From: Paecilomyces variotii
Lineage: Eukaryota
Length of the DNA stretch: 64,000 nucleotides
Assembly: GCA_004022145.1 (NCBI GenBank)
Contig: RCNU01000003.1
Direction: 5' to 3' (one strand)
The translations under genes and the position numbers were made by a program. Shown in pieces: positions 50,813 through 63,818 of the stretch. Under the pieces are notes generated by a model. The model was given only the letters and a program-made list of their open reading frames with translations, was not told the origin of the DNA and did not search any database. Numbering within the stretch: the stretch's first letter is position 1; each line of letters starts with the position of its first letter.

Positions 50813-53317
50813 CTAATCAACGATCCCCGGAGGCAGGAGCGAGACATAATCCAACGGAGCTGGCTCAACGCCATCAGGTGTACCGATAATCTTCAGCGTA
50901 TCCCCTTTGTTGACCTTCACCCCACGGAAAGTGATGCGGGTAGCCGAATGACCGTCGAGGTAGATGGATGGAGTATGAGAAAGGATATCCTCGTTATTAC
51001 CCACCCATTTCCCAATCAAGCGATTGTTGAGGTAGACTTGCCAATGGGACTTGCCTCCGTAGAGATCATAGTAATTCACCGCCAAGTCATACGTACCAGA
51101 AGGATACTGTAGCTTGGTAGTGGCTGTGCCAGTAGTTGAATTGGAGGATGTGACTATGGCAGTCCAGTTTGAGGCTGCCTCGAACGGGCTGACGGCGTAA
51201 GTCTTGTATCCATTCAATGTCATGCTCTCGGCCTCCACGCGCCAAGGATGGTTACCAACGCGATTAGCCTCATCTGGGATCCCTGTCATGTTCCAGTAGA
51301 AATCATTGATGGCATCTCTCCAGACCATCGAATGGCCGGATTGGTAGGTAAGCTTTGTGAGGACGTCGTTGTATCGCTCCTCGTCGATTTTGCCCTTCAG
51401 TGACTCCCAGGTTTGGAGGAACGTCTGTGCGGTTTCAGCACCGGCATAGTGAGCGTCGTAAAAATGCTGTATGACTGTTTCCCCAGAGTGGAGGCGATGC
51501 GTCCAGTTCACATGGTGAAACCACAGGAGCAGGTTATCGGGAGTAGTGTCAATATTTTCATACATTGCTGCAATCTCAGGAGGATATTGTCCGGAATACC
51601 CTGTGCCATTGCTTACTGTGCGATCCATTCCGACGGACAAGTGGTCAGCGCGTGTCCACTGTCCCCAGCCATTGTTATCCTGGGTAGCGGGATTCGGTCC
51701 GAAATGCGTATACAATATATCGGTCAGGGTCTGGATGCCGAGGTTTCCACTGTAGTTCTCATAGGCGGGCCATGAGTCCATTGACATCTTGCTGATACCA
51801 GCGATAACGCTGGGGTCAAAACCGAAAGTGAGACGAATCCAATCTTGGAGGATATTTTCAACGTTGGCGGTGGGATTCCATGCTAGTCGACCATAGGCAT
51901 ACAAGTTGGACATAGCCAAGTGACTGCCTAGCCATGTTGTATTCGTACCGACATTGACTACAGCTGCCCATCCTCCCAGAGGTCGGTCAAAGCGCTTGCC
52001 AGATATAATATCGCGCACCACGGACTCCTTCCCATCGACTCGGAGGTCGAAATCAAGGACAGTCTTCCATAGAGGCGGCAAATAAAGTAAGTGACTTTGC
52101 TGTCCAAGGTACTCTTGTGTGACCTCCAGTTCTATGGCCGTGTTTGTGTTCGGCAAGTGCGCAAACAGCGGCGAGGTGGGCTCACGGACTTGGAAATCAA
52201 TGGGCCCATACTTTATCTGGACGACGACATTACTGTCGAATTGTCCATCCAGAGGGGCAAAGAATTGAACCGCAGCTTTGGCGCGGTCCGCCTTCCAATC
52301 AGACTCGTTGAGTTGGTTGTAGACAAACGCGCGGAACATAACTATGCCGCCGTAGTTCTTCACAGCCTTTGCAAACAGGTTGGCTCCCTGGGCAAGTGTC
52401 CGGTTGTATGTTAACGGTCCAGGCTCACCCTCAGAATCTGCCTTGACGAGATAGCCGGCCATATCAGGAATTCGCTGGTAAATTTCGTCTGTCACATTCT
52501 GCCACCACGCAATAACAGAGCTGTCAAGGGGATCGAAGGTAGGCAAACCACCAAGAGTTTGAGGAGATGCAAAGTTCAGTGAGATTCCTAGTCGGACACC
52601 GTAGGGTCGGAAGGCGTCCGCAATCCTTCCCAGACCTTCGATATTTTCAGGGGTGAGGGTTGTCGCGTTGGCGTTGACATTGTTGACAACAACAGCATTG
52701 AGGCCGATGGAAGCCAACAGACGTGCATACTGAGAGGCGCGAGTCAAATCTTCAACGATGGTGCCATTGGCGAAAAATATAGACTGGCCACCGTAACCAC
52801 GCTCAATGCTTCCATCCATATTGTCCCATTGATTCACCCATCGTACGGGAGCGCTGGGGTTGGTCGCATAGGAAACTTGCGAGAAGTTCCCCTGGGCAAG
52901 CATAGACAGATATTCGAATGCTCCATAGAGAGCACCACGATCGTTCTGACCCAGGATCTGTACACCTCCCCCTTTTGTGCTGAGCCAAAAGCCGTCCTCA
53001 ACAAGCTCAGGGATTCCATCGATACCGCCGCAAATATCCGAATATTGGGCAATTGTACCAACGACCACGGCGGATGGTTGGCAGCTGCCATGCTGGATCT
53101 CAACATGCTCTCCTAGGATATTCTTGAAGCCATTCCGCAGTTCCTGTCCTGCCACATACACTGGACTGCTAGCAGTGTCGTTTAGAATGACGATGGAAGA
53201 CGGACGAGTATTGTTCGAGTGGTTGCCAGAAGGCAAGGGCGCGTAACGCAACCAACCTGCCAGGCCATTGTCTGCAACGGCGAAGCCGAGAGATGCAAGC
53301 AACAAAAGACCGCGCAT
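50813..53317 (-). CDS. aguA: Alpha-glucuronidase, glycoside hydrolase family 67 (intronless, secreted)
   Basis: Signal peptide, GWLRYAP, RWVNQWDNMDGSIERGYGG, NNVNA, VKADSEGEPGP, QIKYGPIDFQVREP, ELEVTQEYLGQQ, LLWFHHV. 834 aa. Confidence 0.95.
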   Translation of the reverse strand: MRGLLLLASLGFAVADNGLAGWLRYAPLPSGNHSNNTRPSSIVILNDTASSPVYVAGQELRNGFKNILGEHVEIQHGSCQPSAVVVGTIAQYSDICGGIDGIPELVEDGFWLSTKGGGVQILGQNDRGALYGAFEYLSMLAQGNFSQVSYATNPSAPVRWVNQWDNMDGSIERGYGGQSIFFANGTIVEDLTRASQYARLLASIGLNAVVVNNVNANATTLTPENIEGLGRIADAFRPYGVRLGISLNFASPQTLGGLPTFDPLDSSVIAWWQNVTDEIYQRIPDMAGYLVKADSEGEPGPLTYNRTLAQGANLFAKAVKNYGGIVMFRAFVYNQLNESDWKADRAKAAVQFFAPLDGQFDSNVVVQIKYGPIDFQVREPTSPLFAHLPNTNTAIELEVTQEYLGQQSHLLYLPPLWKTVLDFDLRVDGKESVVRDIISGKRFDRPLGGWAAVVNVGTNTTWLGSHLAMSNLYAYGRLAWNPTANVENILQDWIRLTFGFDPSVIAGISKMSMDSWPAYENYSGNLGIQTLTDILYTHFGPNPATQDNNGWGQWTRADHLSVGMDRTVSNGTGYSGQYPPEIAAMYENIDTTPDNLLLWFHHVNWTHRLHSGETVIQHFYDAHYAGAETAQTFLQTWESLKGKIDEERYNDVLTKLTYQSGHSMVWRDAINDFYWNMTGIPDEANRVGNHPWRVEAESMTLNGYKTYAVSPFEAASNWTAIVTSSNSTTGTATTKLQYPSGTYDLAVNYYDLYGGKSHWQVYLNNRLIGKWVGNNEDILSHTPSIYLDGHSATRITFRGVKVNKGDTLKIIGTPDGVEPAPLDYVSLLPPGIVD

Positions 53318-53371
53318 TCGGCCTTACTTCCTGCCCTGGACACTCTGTGGCATCCTAGTCGCCCAAATTGC

Positions 53372-53791
53372 CTAGCCTTTATACATCGCATGGCTGGACA
53401 TATGATTTCTTTGTCATTCCGTAGCTGTCAGCAATTTAGGCTAAACAATCGAGCTCCGGGAGAAACGATGTTTTCATTAAGTGTATTCGGAATTCCTCCA
53501 GGCGCGGGGATTGGTGCGCAATAATAGCGTCCGGGGTGATCATGTATTCTCTCTCCCCGCAAAGTGGATAACGGGGAAGAAGGAAATCGGCCTGGGCCGC
53601 CGGCTGGGAGATCTGGGGAACAATTGGCTGCTAGATCTACCGCAATATTGATCAGTATCGAGATCTCCCTCAGCAAAACGGGATAATATCATACGCGGCC
53701 TTTGATTTTCCCGTAATTGACAAATACTCCGGCATCCGATGGTAGAGAAGCGCCGAAATTGCCCGAAGTTGTCCTATTTTTGTAAGGCTAA
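53372..53791. promoter_or_regulatory. aguA promoter with XlnR-type GGCTAR sites and CreA-type SYGGRG sites
   Basis: GGCTAA at 53439-53444 and 53786-53791. GGCTAG (minus strand) at 53372-53377. CCGGGG at about 53531 and CTGGGG at about 53613. Minus-strand TATAAA at about 53378-53383. Confidence 0.55.
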
Positions 53792-54114
53792 AAATAGTGT
53801 AGCCATGACGATCATATCTGACCCGTATAGATTTATATTTTGATGTCTGCAAGGAGCTGCTTGATTGAGGCACTTTGAAGGTGTAGGAGATCTCCTACAG
53901 GAGTCCTTAGCGGTAGGGAATTCCCGGAGAAACTAACTAAGAGGTACTTATGTCAGCGATGTGGCTTTTAGACATCCATGGAGCCAGCAACCGTGAGCAT
54001 GAAATGACTTATTCACTGTCGGGACCTCACGCCTTATGTGTGATAATAAAATCAGCTCATTTCTCCACCTTGCAATCTCTGTTATGCCACACCCAGGGCT
54101 TCTAGACCACCAAA

Positions 54115-55190
54115 ATGGCTCATAATATCACCAAGAAGTTTTCAAACCTGAGTTTATCTCTTCGAGGTAGTCATCGACGAATCGCAAATGATGACTACGA
54201 AGACGTCCGCAGAAAAGTCCTGGGAGGCCTCGGTGACCTATATGCCATGGTTTTGACAAGTGGCGATGAATATGTCACTACGTCGGGTTCTAGTGATTTT
54301 CACGTTCAATATGAAGACCTGATCCTTGAAGATGTCGATGGTCAGTTGACAGCTGATAGACGACGCTTTTTCCTCCCGTGTTCCTACCGGTTTTTGGAAG
54401 AACACCCAGTTATAACAACAGGTACCGGTGCTATGGAGGAAACAAGAGTACACGAGAAGGTCTTGGTATCCTCAGATGAACTCAAAAACCATCCTATCAA
54501 GAATGCCAGATTCCTCTGCACGTGGCTGGGTTTGAACTTCTCCGAGTCCTGGCGAGCGAACGGTAAAAAGCTCACCAGCCTGATGGAGTTAACAAAGTGG
54601 TGGCCAACGTGAGATTCTCCAACTATAGGAATCATATGCGATATGATAGTCACTAATGAAGGTTTCTTGCTATATAGTGACTTCGCGGGCTTAGTTGACG
54701 AAGAATTCAAAGACGCAGTTCTTCAAGACAGGACACCTATGGAGGCGTGGCATATTCTCGGGGATTATCCGCATCTGATGCTTACAGTAGCGCATAAATC
54801 TGATGGCCGTCGTGAATACTTGCTACGAGGGGAGTTGCTTACAATCGCTGCGGTAATGATAAGCCGGCTCAGATCCCAGCGCTTTGCACAGCATACTGTC
54901 ATTCCAGTAAGTAACTCACATCCCAATTCTCCTGTTCCTAAATGTTCCTTCTTTATCATATTTGTTCTCAAGAGCTTACAGATCTCTGAACTTTCCAGGT
55001 AATGCTCTTTTCCTTTATGGGAGAAAAGAAGGGCAGAATTATACAAGCCCATACAAACAGCCGAGCGCTCGTCATACGGAAGAGTAAGCTCTACGACTTT
55101 TCAACAGTAGATAATTTCAGGAAGTTCACCACACTCTTCTTGCGTTACATGACATGTGATGCAATTGGTAATACGCGGGAAATATGCTAG
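54115..55190 (+). pseudogene. Hypothetical fungal protein with an in-frame TGA at 54610-54612
   Basis: ORFs 54115-54612 and 54643-55002 are in the same frame and separated only by the TGA. A GTAAGT..CAG intron (about 54907-54998) joins HTVIP to VMLFSFMG..GRIIQAH. Confidence 0.55.
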
Positions 55191-55499
55191 ACTGTCCATA
55201 TCGTAGCAATACAACTGCCGCACATTTGATAGCAATAAAGAGAGATATCATAAGAAAAAACCTGTTTCGACTCTAGACCCTTGAAGTAATCATGGTCCCT
55301 TTGGGAGAAATCCGTAAAGCCCAATGGCGGCTTCCACAACACTACCGAAACGTTAAGCGCTGACTTGACCTCCTTCCATAGCTTCCAGGTCCCGAGATAA
55401 TTGATTGATATACTGGCCTGCGCCGCTAAGATAAAGTATGCCCAATAGCTTAATGGATCTTTAGAAGGTGAGAAGAAGGAGAGTCTATACTTTGGCCTG

Positions 55500-57580
55500 G
55501 TGCGAGATAGAAGATAGAACGTACGGGTAACGGGAATATTTCATATGTGCCAGGGTCCATACGTAACAAGCTTTTGTAAAACTAAGCAATTTCCAAGTAG
55601 TTAGTTAGTTCGTGACCGCTTAATAACCACTTTCGGATACATACGGACTGCTTGGTCGATAGCCTTCTGGGATACCCTTCCGCCATAGTTCCCCGCAGCT
55701 ACCGAGATACCATCATGAGTCTCAACATGGGTCCGTAAGTTATTGGTTGCCGAATAGCGTTTCTAAGCAGTTAAAGACTGGTTAGAAAGCACTTCCTAAG
55801 TGGTTATAGAACCTCTTACCGTGGACTTGCTACAGTGTGGGACTCTGCAAAAGACTTCTCCATATGGAGAATGGTGCAATTATTCTCATCCTAAGTGGTT
55901 AGTAACCAGTTAATATATACCAAGGTGAGGTAACACTAAGACTTACCTTACCGTGTGGAAGGATTTTAATATGGGATGCGACCGCAGAATGCCGTCATTT
56001 TTGCTTTCCAGCTATCGAACGTAGTCCAAGTTAAAGACTGCGAACGTCAAGAAAGCCTCTGAGCCATCTTGAAAAACCGGAACGCGCCTATAGATTTACC
56101 GTTAGAAGAGCTGGTTCGACGATTATATGTGAGAAGAGAAGAGAGACCGACATCTTACCTGCTCCTTATGCCGAGCTGCTATGCTGGCCTACTCTCTTAA
56201 GGTTGACAAGGAACGCTCGACAAGTGCCCCCCGTGGCACTATACGTCTTGGATAAAGCCATCCCCCTCCATATTAGCAGGTAATCGAACTTGAGTCTCTA
56301 GAGAATATGCATGAGCACACTGCGGATGCAGTTTAAGGTGGTGCCCAGGACGAGAACTGCATCCAGATAAAACTGGAGCAAACCCTTGATGTCCTCGTCA
56401 CTATCTTCATCATCTTTGTCCTTGTGAATTCATTTTCCGGGCAAAATCTTGATTCCGGAGTGTTTCGGACTAGTTACCAGGCTTCCTTGGCTTCAGGTTC
56501 CCTAATCTGTGCTTGCATATCTTCACGCGAGTATTTCGATATATAATCTGCAATCTTGTCAATATAAATGACCAAAATTTGCTTCGCGGCACCTCACAGT
56601 CGCACCAAGATATGGCTGTCCACCCCCACTACCGCCCTTCCCCCCCTCAGAACGGCGTTCAGGACGAACAGCCCCCCAAAACAGGCACCGTCATCTTCAC
56701 AGTGGTATCTGACCACTTGAACTTGGAGTCTGACTCATAAAAGATATAAAATGGTAGAAAAGGTAAAAGTCACTAAAGAACCAGCCGCCATTTAATAAAA
56801 AGCCTTCGCGACCATCGTTAGCCACTGCGCGAACAGCCACAATTCGACTTTTGATGGTTATAGCTGCTGGTTTTTGGAGGAGATGCGTTGTTATCCACGC
56901 CACTATCTCCCCTACCTCTTGCATTATGAGCGCATTCCCCTCAGACGTACGTGTCCATCTTTTCACCTCGATAATCGCGCTAAGGAGTGTCTTTGCCCTG
57001 GTGCGAAGCTGCCCGTCAGTTATGGCGGTATAATCCTCTCTCTTATATTTTGCCGTGAAGTGCGCTGGCCGTATAGTCCATTGGGCGTCGAAATCAGGCG
57101 CCAGATGGGATAGCGATTGCAAGAGGAGCATGAGAGCTACGTTAACTATGGGTTATCGATAAGCTGTCTTAGGAATACCGTCCATAGCTTGCTCCTGAAG
57201 ATTTCCCACAGCCCTTAAAGGACCCAGGCCAGTCAACATCTGATTCCGTCAGTGAGCCAATTGCAAGGTTTCTGCTGACGATGCGTAGATAATTCCTGAA
57301 TTCGAAGGACTGCCTCATGACACAGTCCGCCTCATGCTGAGTATATCCAATCCCCTAATTGTGCCGATCCTGGAGCAGAACTGCTGGTTCTGTCGTCTGT
57401 CCTTAAATAAATATAAGAAATCTCTCATGGCAGATATTAAAATCTGGTATAAAATGTTTTCGGGGCATAGTTCATAACGAAAAGTATTGAGACCTGCCCT
57501 CTGCATGAGCTCGTGAAATTCCTCTATATAATTAGGTATAAAGAAGCTGTTGGGTCCTAAAAGGCACGAAAGCAACGGTA
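55500..57580 (-). pseudogene. Degenerate gene with a DG...EVK (PD-(D/E)XK-like) motif
   Basis: Fragments PIVNVALMLLLQ..., TAITDGQLR...IIEVKR...MQEVGEIVAWI (56697-57131), then VFQDGSEAFLTFAVFNLDYVR* (about 56010-56090) and LVTYGPWHI* (about 55540-55575). There are several stops and the boundaries are approximate. Confidence 0.5.
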
Positions 57581-59991
57581 TCACTTGAGCCTCCTAGCTA
57601 GAAGCTAGGTTGCTTGCTTGCTTGCTTTAGATCTGGGAGGTTGATCTCATATTTATCTCCTATGGCATACAAAGGATCTAGACCCTGCTAATCTAGTAGG
57701 TTCTATCCTATAACTAGGTTACCAAAGAACCTGCTGTAAACGGATATGACAGATGACTTGCACAGTTCTTTGTGCGTCGACAGAAGCCATCCATTTGTAA
57801 ATCTTTGTTTTGTGTGGAAGCAACATGGCGAGAATCAGCTGGATGTTGGATATATACCTGATAGACGAGGGCAGTAACAGACGTGGAAGTTAATAGGTGA
57901 GGGTGACGAAACCGGCCTTGTACCCTCAAGGCTGGGAATTTTAACATTCAATTGTTCTCCTCACTCGGTGGGCGTCCCCGGACTTAGATGTTTCACAAAT
58001 CTATGTGAATCAATATAATAGCTAGTCTCGGAAACTCCCTACCCACTAAACTCCTGATGGATTATTCACGCTTTTGTCTTGGCGAGCTCTAGCCAGAGAG
58101 ATGAATATACTGAGTTGGCTAGAAAATTACAAGCCTCACAGATTTCTCCTGCGTAAAGCTGAAACTCTGTGTATATATCAATACAAGAAGACATCATTGA
58201 TTGTGACAGAAAAGACACAGATGTCTCATTAACCATCTTTTCCCGTAAGTTCTAGAGTCCCAATCACTTTAGGAACGACATCCCCTTGTTTAGTTTCCCG
58301 AGTGGATTGGATTAAGAGTCGTTTCTGGCTTAGTGAATAGCTGGAACTTTAGATATGAAAAGCGGTCTCGTCGACTGTGATGGGTGGTAGTATAGCAATT
58401 GGGAACTACCCTCGAATAACCAATGAAGGGAACTGTATTTATGGTTTCCTTGATTCCTTGATATAGCGTAGATTCTACTGAAACGCTAGGATCCAACTTC
58501 TTCGTTAGGTCCGGAGTTAAACATGGAATCGACTGCTTCTCCTTGGATATTAGATTCAAGCAAGCAGCCCGCTATTCGCTGTTGATCAGTATAATTGTTC
58601 ACTTCTGCGCGAGCTTTCTAAGATCGGACAGAATACAGCAATTCCCGGGATCTGCTCGGGTTGTCTACGAAAGACGGATTACCAGACAGCGGATTGATTT
58701 TTCAGTTAGAAGCCCACTGTATGTCTGATAGCATTCGATTGCTAATCATTTTTATTTTGGTTACAAGGGTTCAACGTGTAGTTGAAGCCAGTGCCAATAA
58801 ACACCAAGCAAAGAGGATAAGATTAATACAATACTATGGTACTTCACGTGGCGCAGCACCAAGGTGTTCTATGGAACAACAGCGTGGCTTAGTAGTGACC
58901 ACAGAATCCACGACAATCCTCTTCTTAACGTTAATCGAATCCTCTTGAATTATTATTGCCACTCAACAGTTGCTGCGCCACGGTTGCTATTATTGCGCCT
59001 CGACGGGAAAAGCATCGCCATTACCATGAAGTTAATGGGATGCGGATAGATCGGGAAAAGTAAGTACCGGAAACCGACCTCGGGAAAATTTGCGCTCACG
59101 TCCATTCAGAGTCTAGAAAAATCTATGATACACAGACGAGGACTCTAGACCGGCGTTGCTATTATTGGTTCTGCCATTCCATTATTAGCCAATCTAACTG
59201 GATGAATAACCTGTTTCCCCCGGCTTTTTCTGGAATAAGGCTGCCTGGCGTTGGCTGTGCACCAAGATGGAGAATAGACTAATGGTAGAATGTCGCCTCT
59301 GGAGAAACCGGACAAAACACAAACGGGGGTTCAGGACGCGCTTACTGGGCGCACTGCGTTTAATGTGGATGTCGATCTCATACGGAATATACCGAGGCTC
59401 AACAACTGTCAACGTCAGAGTAATAATAATAACTACTGTAGTTAGTAGTAAAATCGCTTGGCGTAGACTGCGCCTCGCAGGCCACGAAATACGGCAGGGC
59501 TCGGATGTGAAGCGCTAAGCATTATGGTATTACTGCATGAATCATGATGAACGATCGTTAAGGATGAAGGATCGTCGATTAGCCAAATCTTTGGGGGCTC
59601 GGTGGAGGCCTCGATGGCGGCCTCTGATTGCCAAAGTGTCAATTGGGGCTGCAAGGGACTGGATCAGTGTCGCACCGGGGCCAACGCAATGCCAAAATGG
59701 GCGTAGAAGTCAGCTTTAGATACGGACTTTCAGCTTAGCCCCTATTATTATTGATCCCCAACAGTTGGTAATGGAACCTGTCTATAAAAGGACCACTTTT
59801 TTTTTGGTAAACCATCGCTCAGCCAGGCAATATATAACAAGCGGGCAAGTGCTCTCGGGGGCAGTCAGACTATTCACATCCACAACATACAAACGCCCAG
59901 CAGTCTCAGGCCAACTTTGGAAAAACACCTTTAACTACCTCTTGTCACTCTACAACAAAGTCTTCCGACTCTACAACCCAACACAACAACA

Positions 59992-60621
59992 ATGCAGCTC
60001 AAGCTGGTGACCGCATCCACCCTCCTTTTGGCCTCTTTGGCTCTGGCCGCACCTCAAGGGAACATTGTCCCAGATGTCGCCTCGATAGTCTCTGAAGCTA
60101 CTGGCGCCGGCCAGACAGTCGCTGCTGATGCACAAGGAGCCGCCTCGGATGTCGTTTCTCACGCTACCTCCCTTGCAACTGCAGCTGCCACCTTTGGCCA
60201 GAACGTCGCTTCTTCCGCTGAGGCCGGGGCTACCTCGATCGCCAGTGCAGCTCAGAGCAGTGGCGAGAGTATTGCCTCTGCTGCCGAATCTAGGGCCACA
60301 TCCATCGCCAGTGCAGCCCGGAGTGCTGGCACAGGCGAGGCTTCCTCTGCCCAGTCAGCCGCTTCGTCTATTGCCTCGAGTGCTGAGAGTGTTGGCTCTG
60401 CATATGCCAGCGGACGTACCACCTCGACAACATCGGACAGTGCTGCTACGACTACTGCTACGGGCTCGAATACCGCAGCAGCATCGAACAGTGCATCCTC
60501 CTCCAGCTCCAGCGGATCATCCTCTACCTCGTCCCACAACGGTGTTGCACGCCCTACCGCTGCTTTGGGTCTCAGTGCAGCTGGCGTCGCTGGTGTCCTG
60601 GGACTCGTCGCTGCTCTGTAA
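59992..60621 (+). CDS. GPI-anchored Ser/Ala/Thr-rich cell-surface protein with 11-residue repeats
   Basis: Signal peptide MQLKLVTASTLLLASLALA-AP. Repeats ATSIASAAQSS/GESIASAAESR/ATSIASAARSA. Ser/Thr linker, probable omega site near SHNG, hydrophobic C-terminus. Confidence 0.85.
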   Translation: MQLKLVTASTLLLASLALAAPQGNIVPDVASIVSEATGAGQTVAADAQGAASDVVSHATSLATAAATFGQNVASSAEAGATSIASAAQSSGESIASAAESRATSIASAARSAGTGEASSAQSAASSIASSAESVGSAYASGRTTSTTSDSAATTTATGSNTAAASNSASSSSSSGSSSTSSHNGVARPTAALGLSAAGVAGVLGLVAAL

Positions 60622-61774
60622 GGGACAGCAGTCGATATTCAAATATTGTTGACAAGTGTCAAGAACACACTCGCCTATACCTTGCACTTGCGCCTTCACT
60701 CTTTCTCCTGTATATATAGTGGGACTTGGGATAGTTATTTGATTGATACTGGCGTTCATAAAGGCAACACGGCTTACGATACATAAAAAACATTAAGTGA
60801 CTACTTTCAATATCAGCTTTTACATCATTCTTTCTGTTCTTCTTTAAGGATAAGCCCATCTCAAATTGAAACTGTTCTATTGGATCATCACCATGCGATA
60901 ATTCAGAGGCTCCAAACCACTTTCTGTAGTCTTCGGTGAAGAACCTAGTAATCATCATTTTATCTTTCTTATTCTTCATAAGCTTAACGCTGGTTATAGC
61001 CTGGTCTACTCGTGGCAAATGAATCGAAATAAAAATTAGCCTAGATGCTAGCAATTTATAAGTCATGTGAAGCTGTCACAGGGCCTATCATGCATATTGT
61101 GCAACGTTACTCGTAGACCGCCAGTTAAGCGACTGGAAGAAATTGCTTTGAAAACCTCATGATAATACCCGTGGTAGTTGGTCTGGTCCTGGAGTAGAGG
61201 ATCCGGTGTAACTTCCTCGAGTCTATGGTTCTTCCGTATCGATTAATTTTATTTAGATTGTATCTAGATTGTTCTTTAAAAATTTGACTAAATGCAATGC
61301 TTGGACTCCACTGAACCATAGGGCAGATGAGATGGCGGCGTTGGTACACGTGGCTGGGCTGTTAATAGAATTTAATAATTAGTTTGTCGCGATGGCTGGG
61401 CTTAGCGAAGATCAGCCTAGTGGTTGCCGAAGCAGTAAGTAACAATAGGAACTTTAACTGTTGACATTCCCCAGCCTTTCGCTGTTATCGAGTTGGATCG
61501 ATTTATCCAGCCAAGAACTCGATCACAGACTTATTAGCCGAGTGGGATTTTGTTCTTAATATCAGAGAGGACAAGCAGGAATTTTCTTTACGAGCTTTCT
61601 TATCAAATCTGTTCGGTTCAGCACCTTGTCGCAGACTGGTGAGACGCAGTTTGTTGATACGCCGGTACGCGTAAGCGCTGGTCTACTTTGCAAAAAGAAA
61701 CGGAGGTATATGAGGATCATCGACCCTCTGTTTTCCATTCCCACGCTCTTCCAGTCACGCAACAAGATACAACG

Positions 61775-62809
61775 ATGGCTCCCACGATCGCGTTGAAGGC
61801 AGCATTCCTCGACAGACGAGCGCTGCAGACAGCGAAGTTGGCCGTCGCGGCAGCAGGACCGGCCATCGCAAAGCGCTCCCATGAAAATCTGGTTCTGCGC
61901 CGTGGCCTAACCGTGGATCATACCCAGGCGATCACTCTTGGGATTATTGCAGTCTATGTGGTCGTGATCGCACTACTCTGGAACTTGCCATATATTCGCT
62001 GGTCGCTATGGCCTTTTAAGGTAAGTGCGGAAGAGCATACGATATCAGTTCTTGTGGCTAAGGAATCTGTTAATATAGATGCTCGTCATTGCGTTCCATG
62101 AATTCGGACATGCCATCACAGCCTGCTGCACGGGCGGCAAAGTCGAATCGGTCTCTCTAGATCCTCACGAGGGAGGAGTAACGCACATGCGAGGCGGAAT
62201 CAGCGCCATTACTCTCCCAGCTGGCTATCTTGGGTCCTCGTTGATCGGTGCTTTGCTGATATTCTGCGGCTTCGACATCGTCGCCAGCAAAATCGCCAGC
62301 TTTGCCCTGGGTGTCTGTTTTCTCCTGACCCTCTGGTGGGCTCGAAGGGACTGGCTGACCATTATCACCATTACCCTGGCCATCGGATTGCTAGTGGCTT
62401 TTTGGTTCATCGATCATGCTGAGCCCCTCAGATTCGTAGTGGTGAGTCTTGCTTGCAGTCATTGGCCACTGTACACAGACTAACAGAAATACTCTGCAGC
62501 TCTTCATAGGCGTTATGTCAGCGCTTTACAGTGTCTGGGATATTGTAAGTCGCACTATAGCTGTCCCTTTCCATATAAGTACTAACGACGTGTTGCTAGT
62601 GTGATGATCTCATCTTACGGTCTGTTCCTAGCTCTGACGCCAGTGTTTTCGCAAAGAGATACGGTGGCTCTTCTCAATGCTGGGGCATTATCTGGTCATT
62701 CATAGCTCTCGCATTTATGGCTATTGCCATCGTTGCTGGGATCGCTGCATTCCCTGAATCCTTCAGCCAGCAAGAGTCCGACTCCGAACACTTTATCCCG
62801 ACCCGTTGA
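61775..62809 (+). CDS. Peptidase M50B-like membrane metalloprotease (multi-exon)
   Basis: MLVIAFHEFGHA (HExxH), SLDPHEGGVTHMRGG, TLPAGYLGSS, downstream DDL..R..SSDAS and several transmembrane segments. Confidence 0.85.
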
Positions 62810-63818
62810 CGCTTGCAAGGTTATCCCTGACGAATTTCTTTTATTCTGGAGCATGATCATGATACCCGAACTTGTTCTACCGTTCTTCTTTCTCATGGGC
62901 TTCTTGGCGTACTCTTTTTATCATTTCCGACAATGGACTTCCTGCTTGTAGTTAAATAGGATGACGCAGTAGTCATGCTGGAGTATCAGTTGATCCACTT
63001 TGGCTTTTGGAATCTTACCTGTTCATTTCTCTACCAGCCATTATACTTACCAATCCACATCGATAGCATGTGCTCGAACATGATATCTCCCCACGGGTCG
63101 TCGTTCTTACTAGAGACTAGTTCATTTGTATTGCGCACTTAGGAGTGGGCTACTCTCCGCAAGGACCCTACCCTAATTAAGGTATACGGGAACGATGTCG
63201 CAAATGCTAGTAGTAATAGTGGGTCTGTTTAGCCCTAGAATGCTGCTTGAAGCTTTGTGATAGATACATCGGGAAGATACCGAAAACTCATAGAAAGAGC
63301 AGCTACCCACCGATAAAATGCGATCGATTCCGACCAGTACGTATTTTAGGCTATCGGACACTTAACCATCTCAGGATCTCGGGCGCGAATTAGCCTTGCT
63401 AGCGTCCAGGAACAAGGTTAAGCAAGCGCATCTTTCCGCCCGTTTTTTGACTCCGCTATTTGGAGAATATCAATGGCAGCTCCCACGTGGTGTATGTGCG
63501 CTCTGGCTGTGGTAGTTGACATTCTTAGTGATATGCAGTTCTTGAAGAGAACTACAATGTGGCGCATAGTAGCTGGCTCCATGGAAGACTCTGCTAGGTG
63601 ATGATTCTTATAAGTAATTGATGTTCAACATGCGTACCACCGCAAGATTTGCTTGTTCTCAGGGTAGCGGCTTTGCGCCATTCAGGTTCGCCTCACTTAT
63701 TTCCTTTCTGTATTGTCTCTGGAGGGTCCTATAGGACAGAATATTCAGTAATATTTATTTATATTTGGAAAACCCTTGCCGTTTGCACATAGACTCGATT
63801 GAACGACAGTCTTACATC

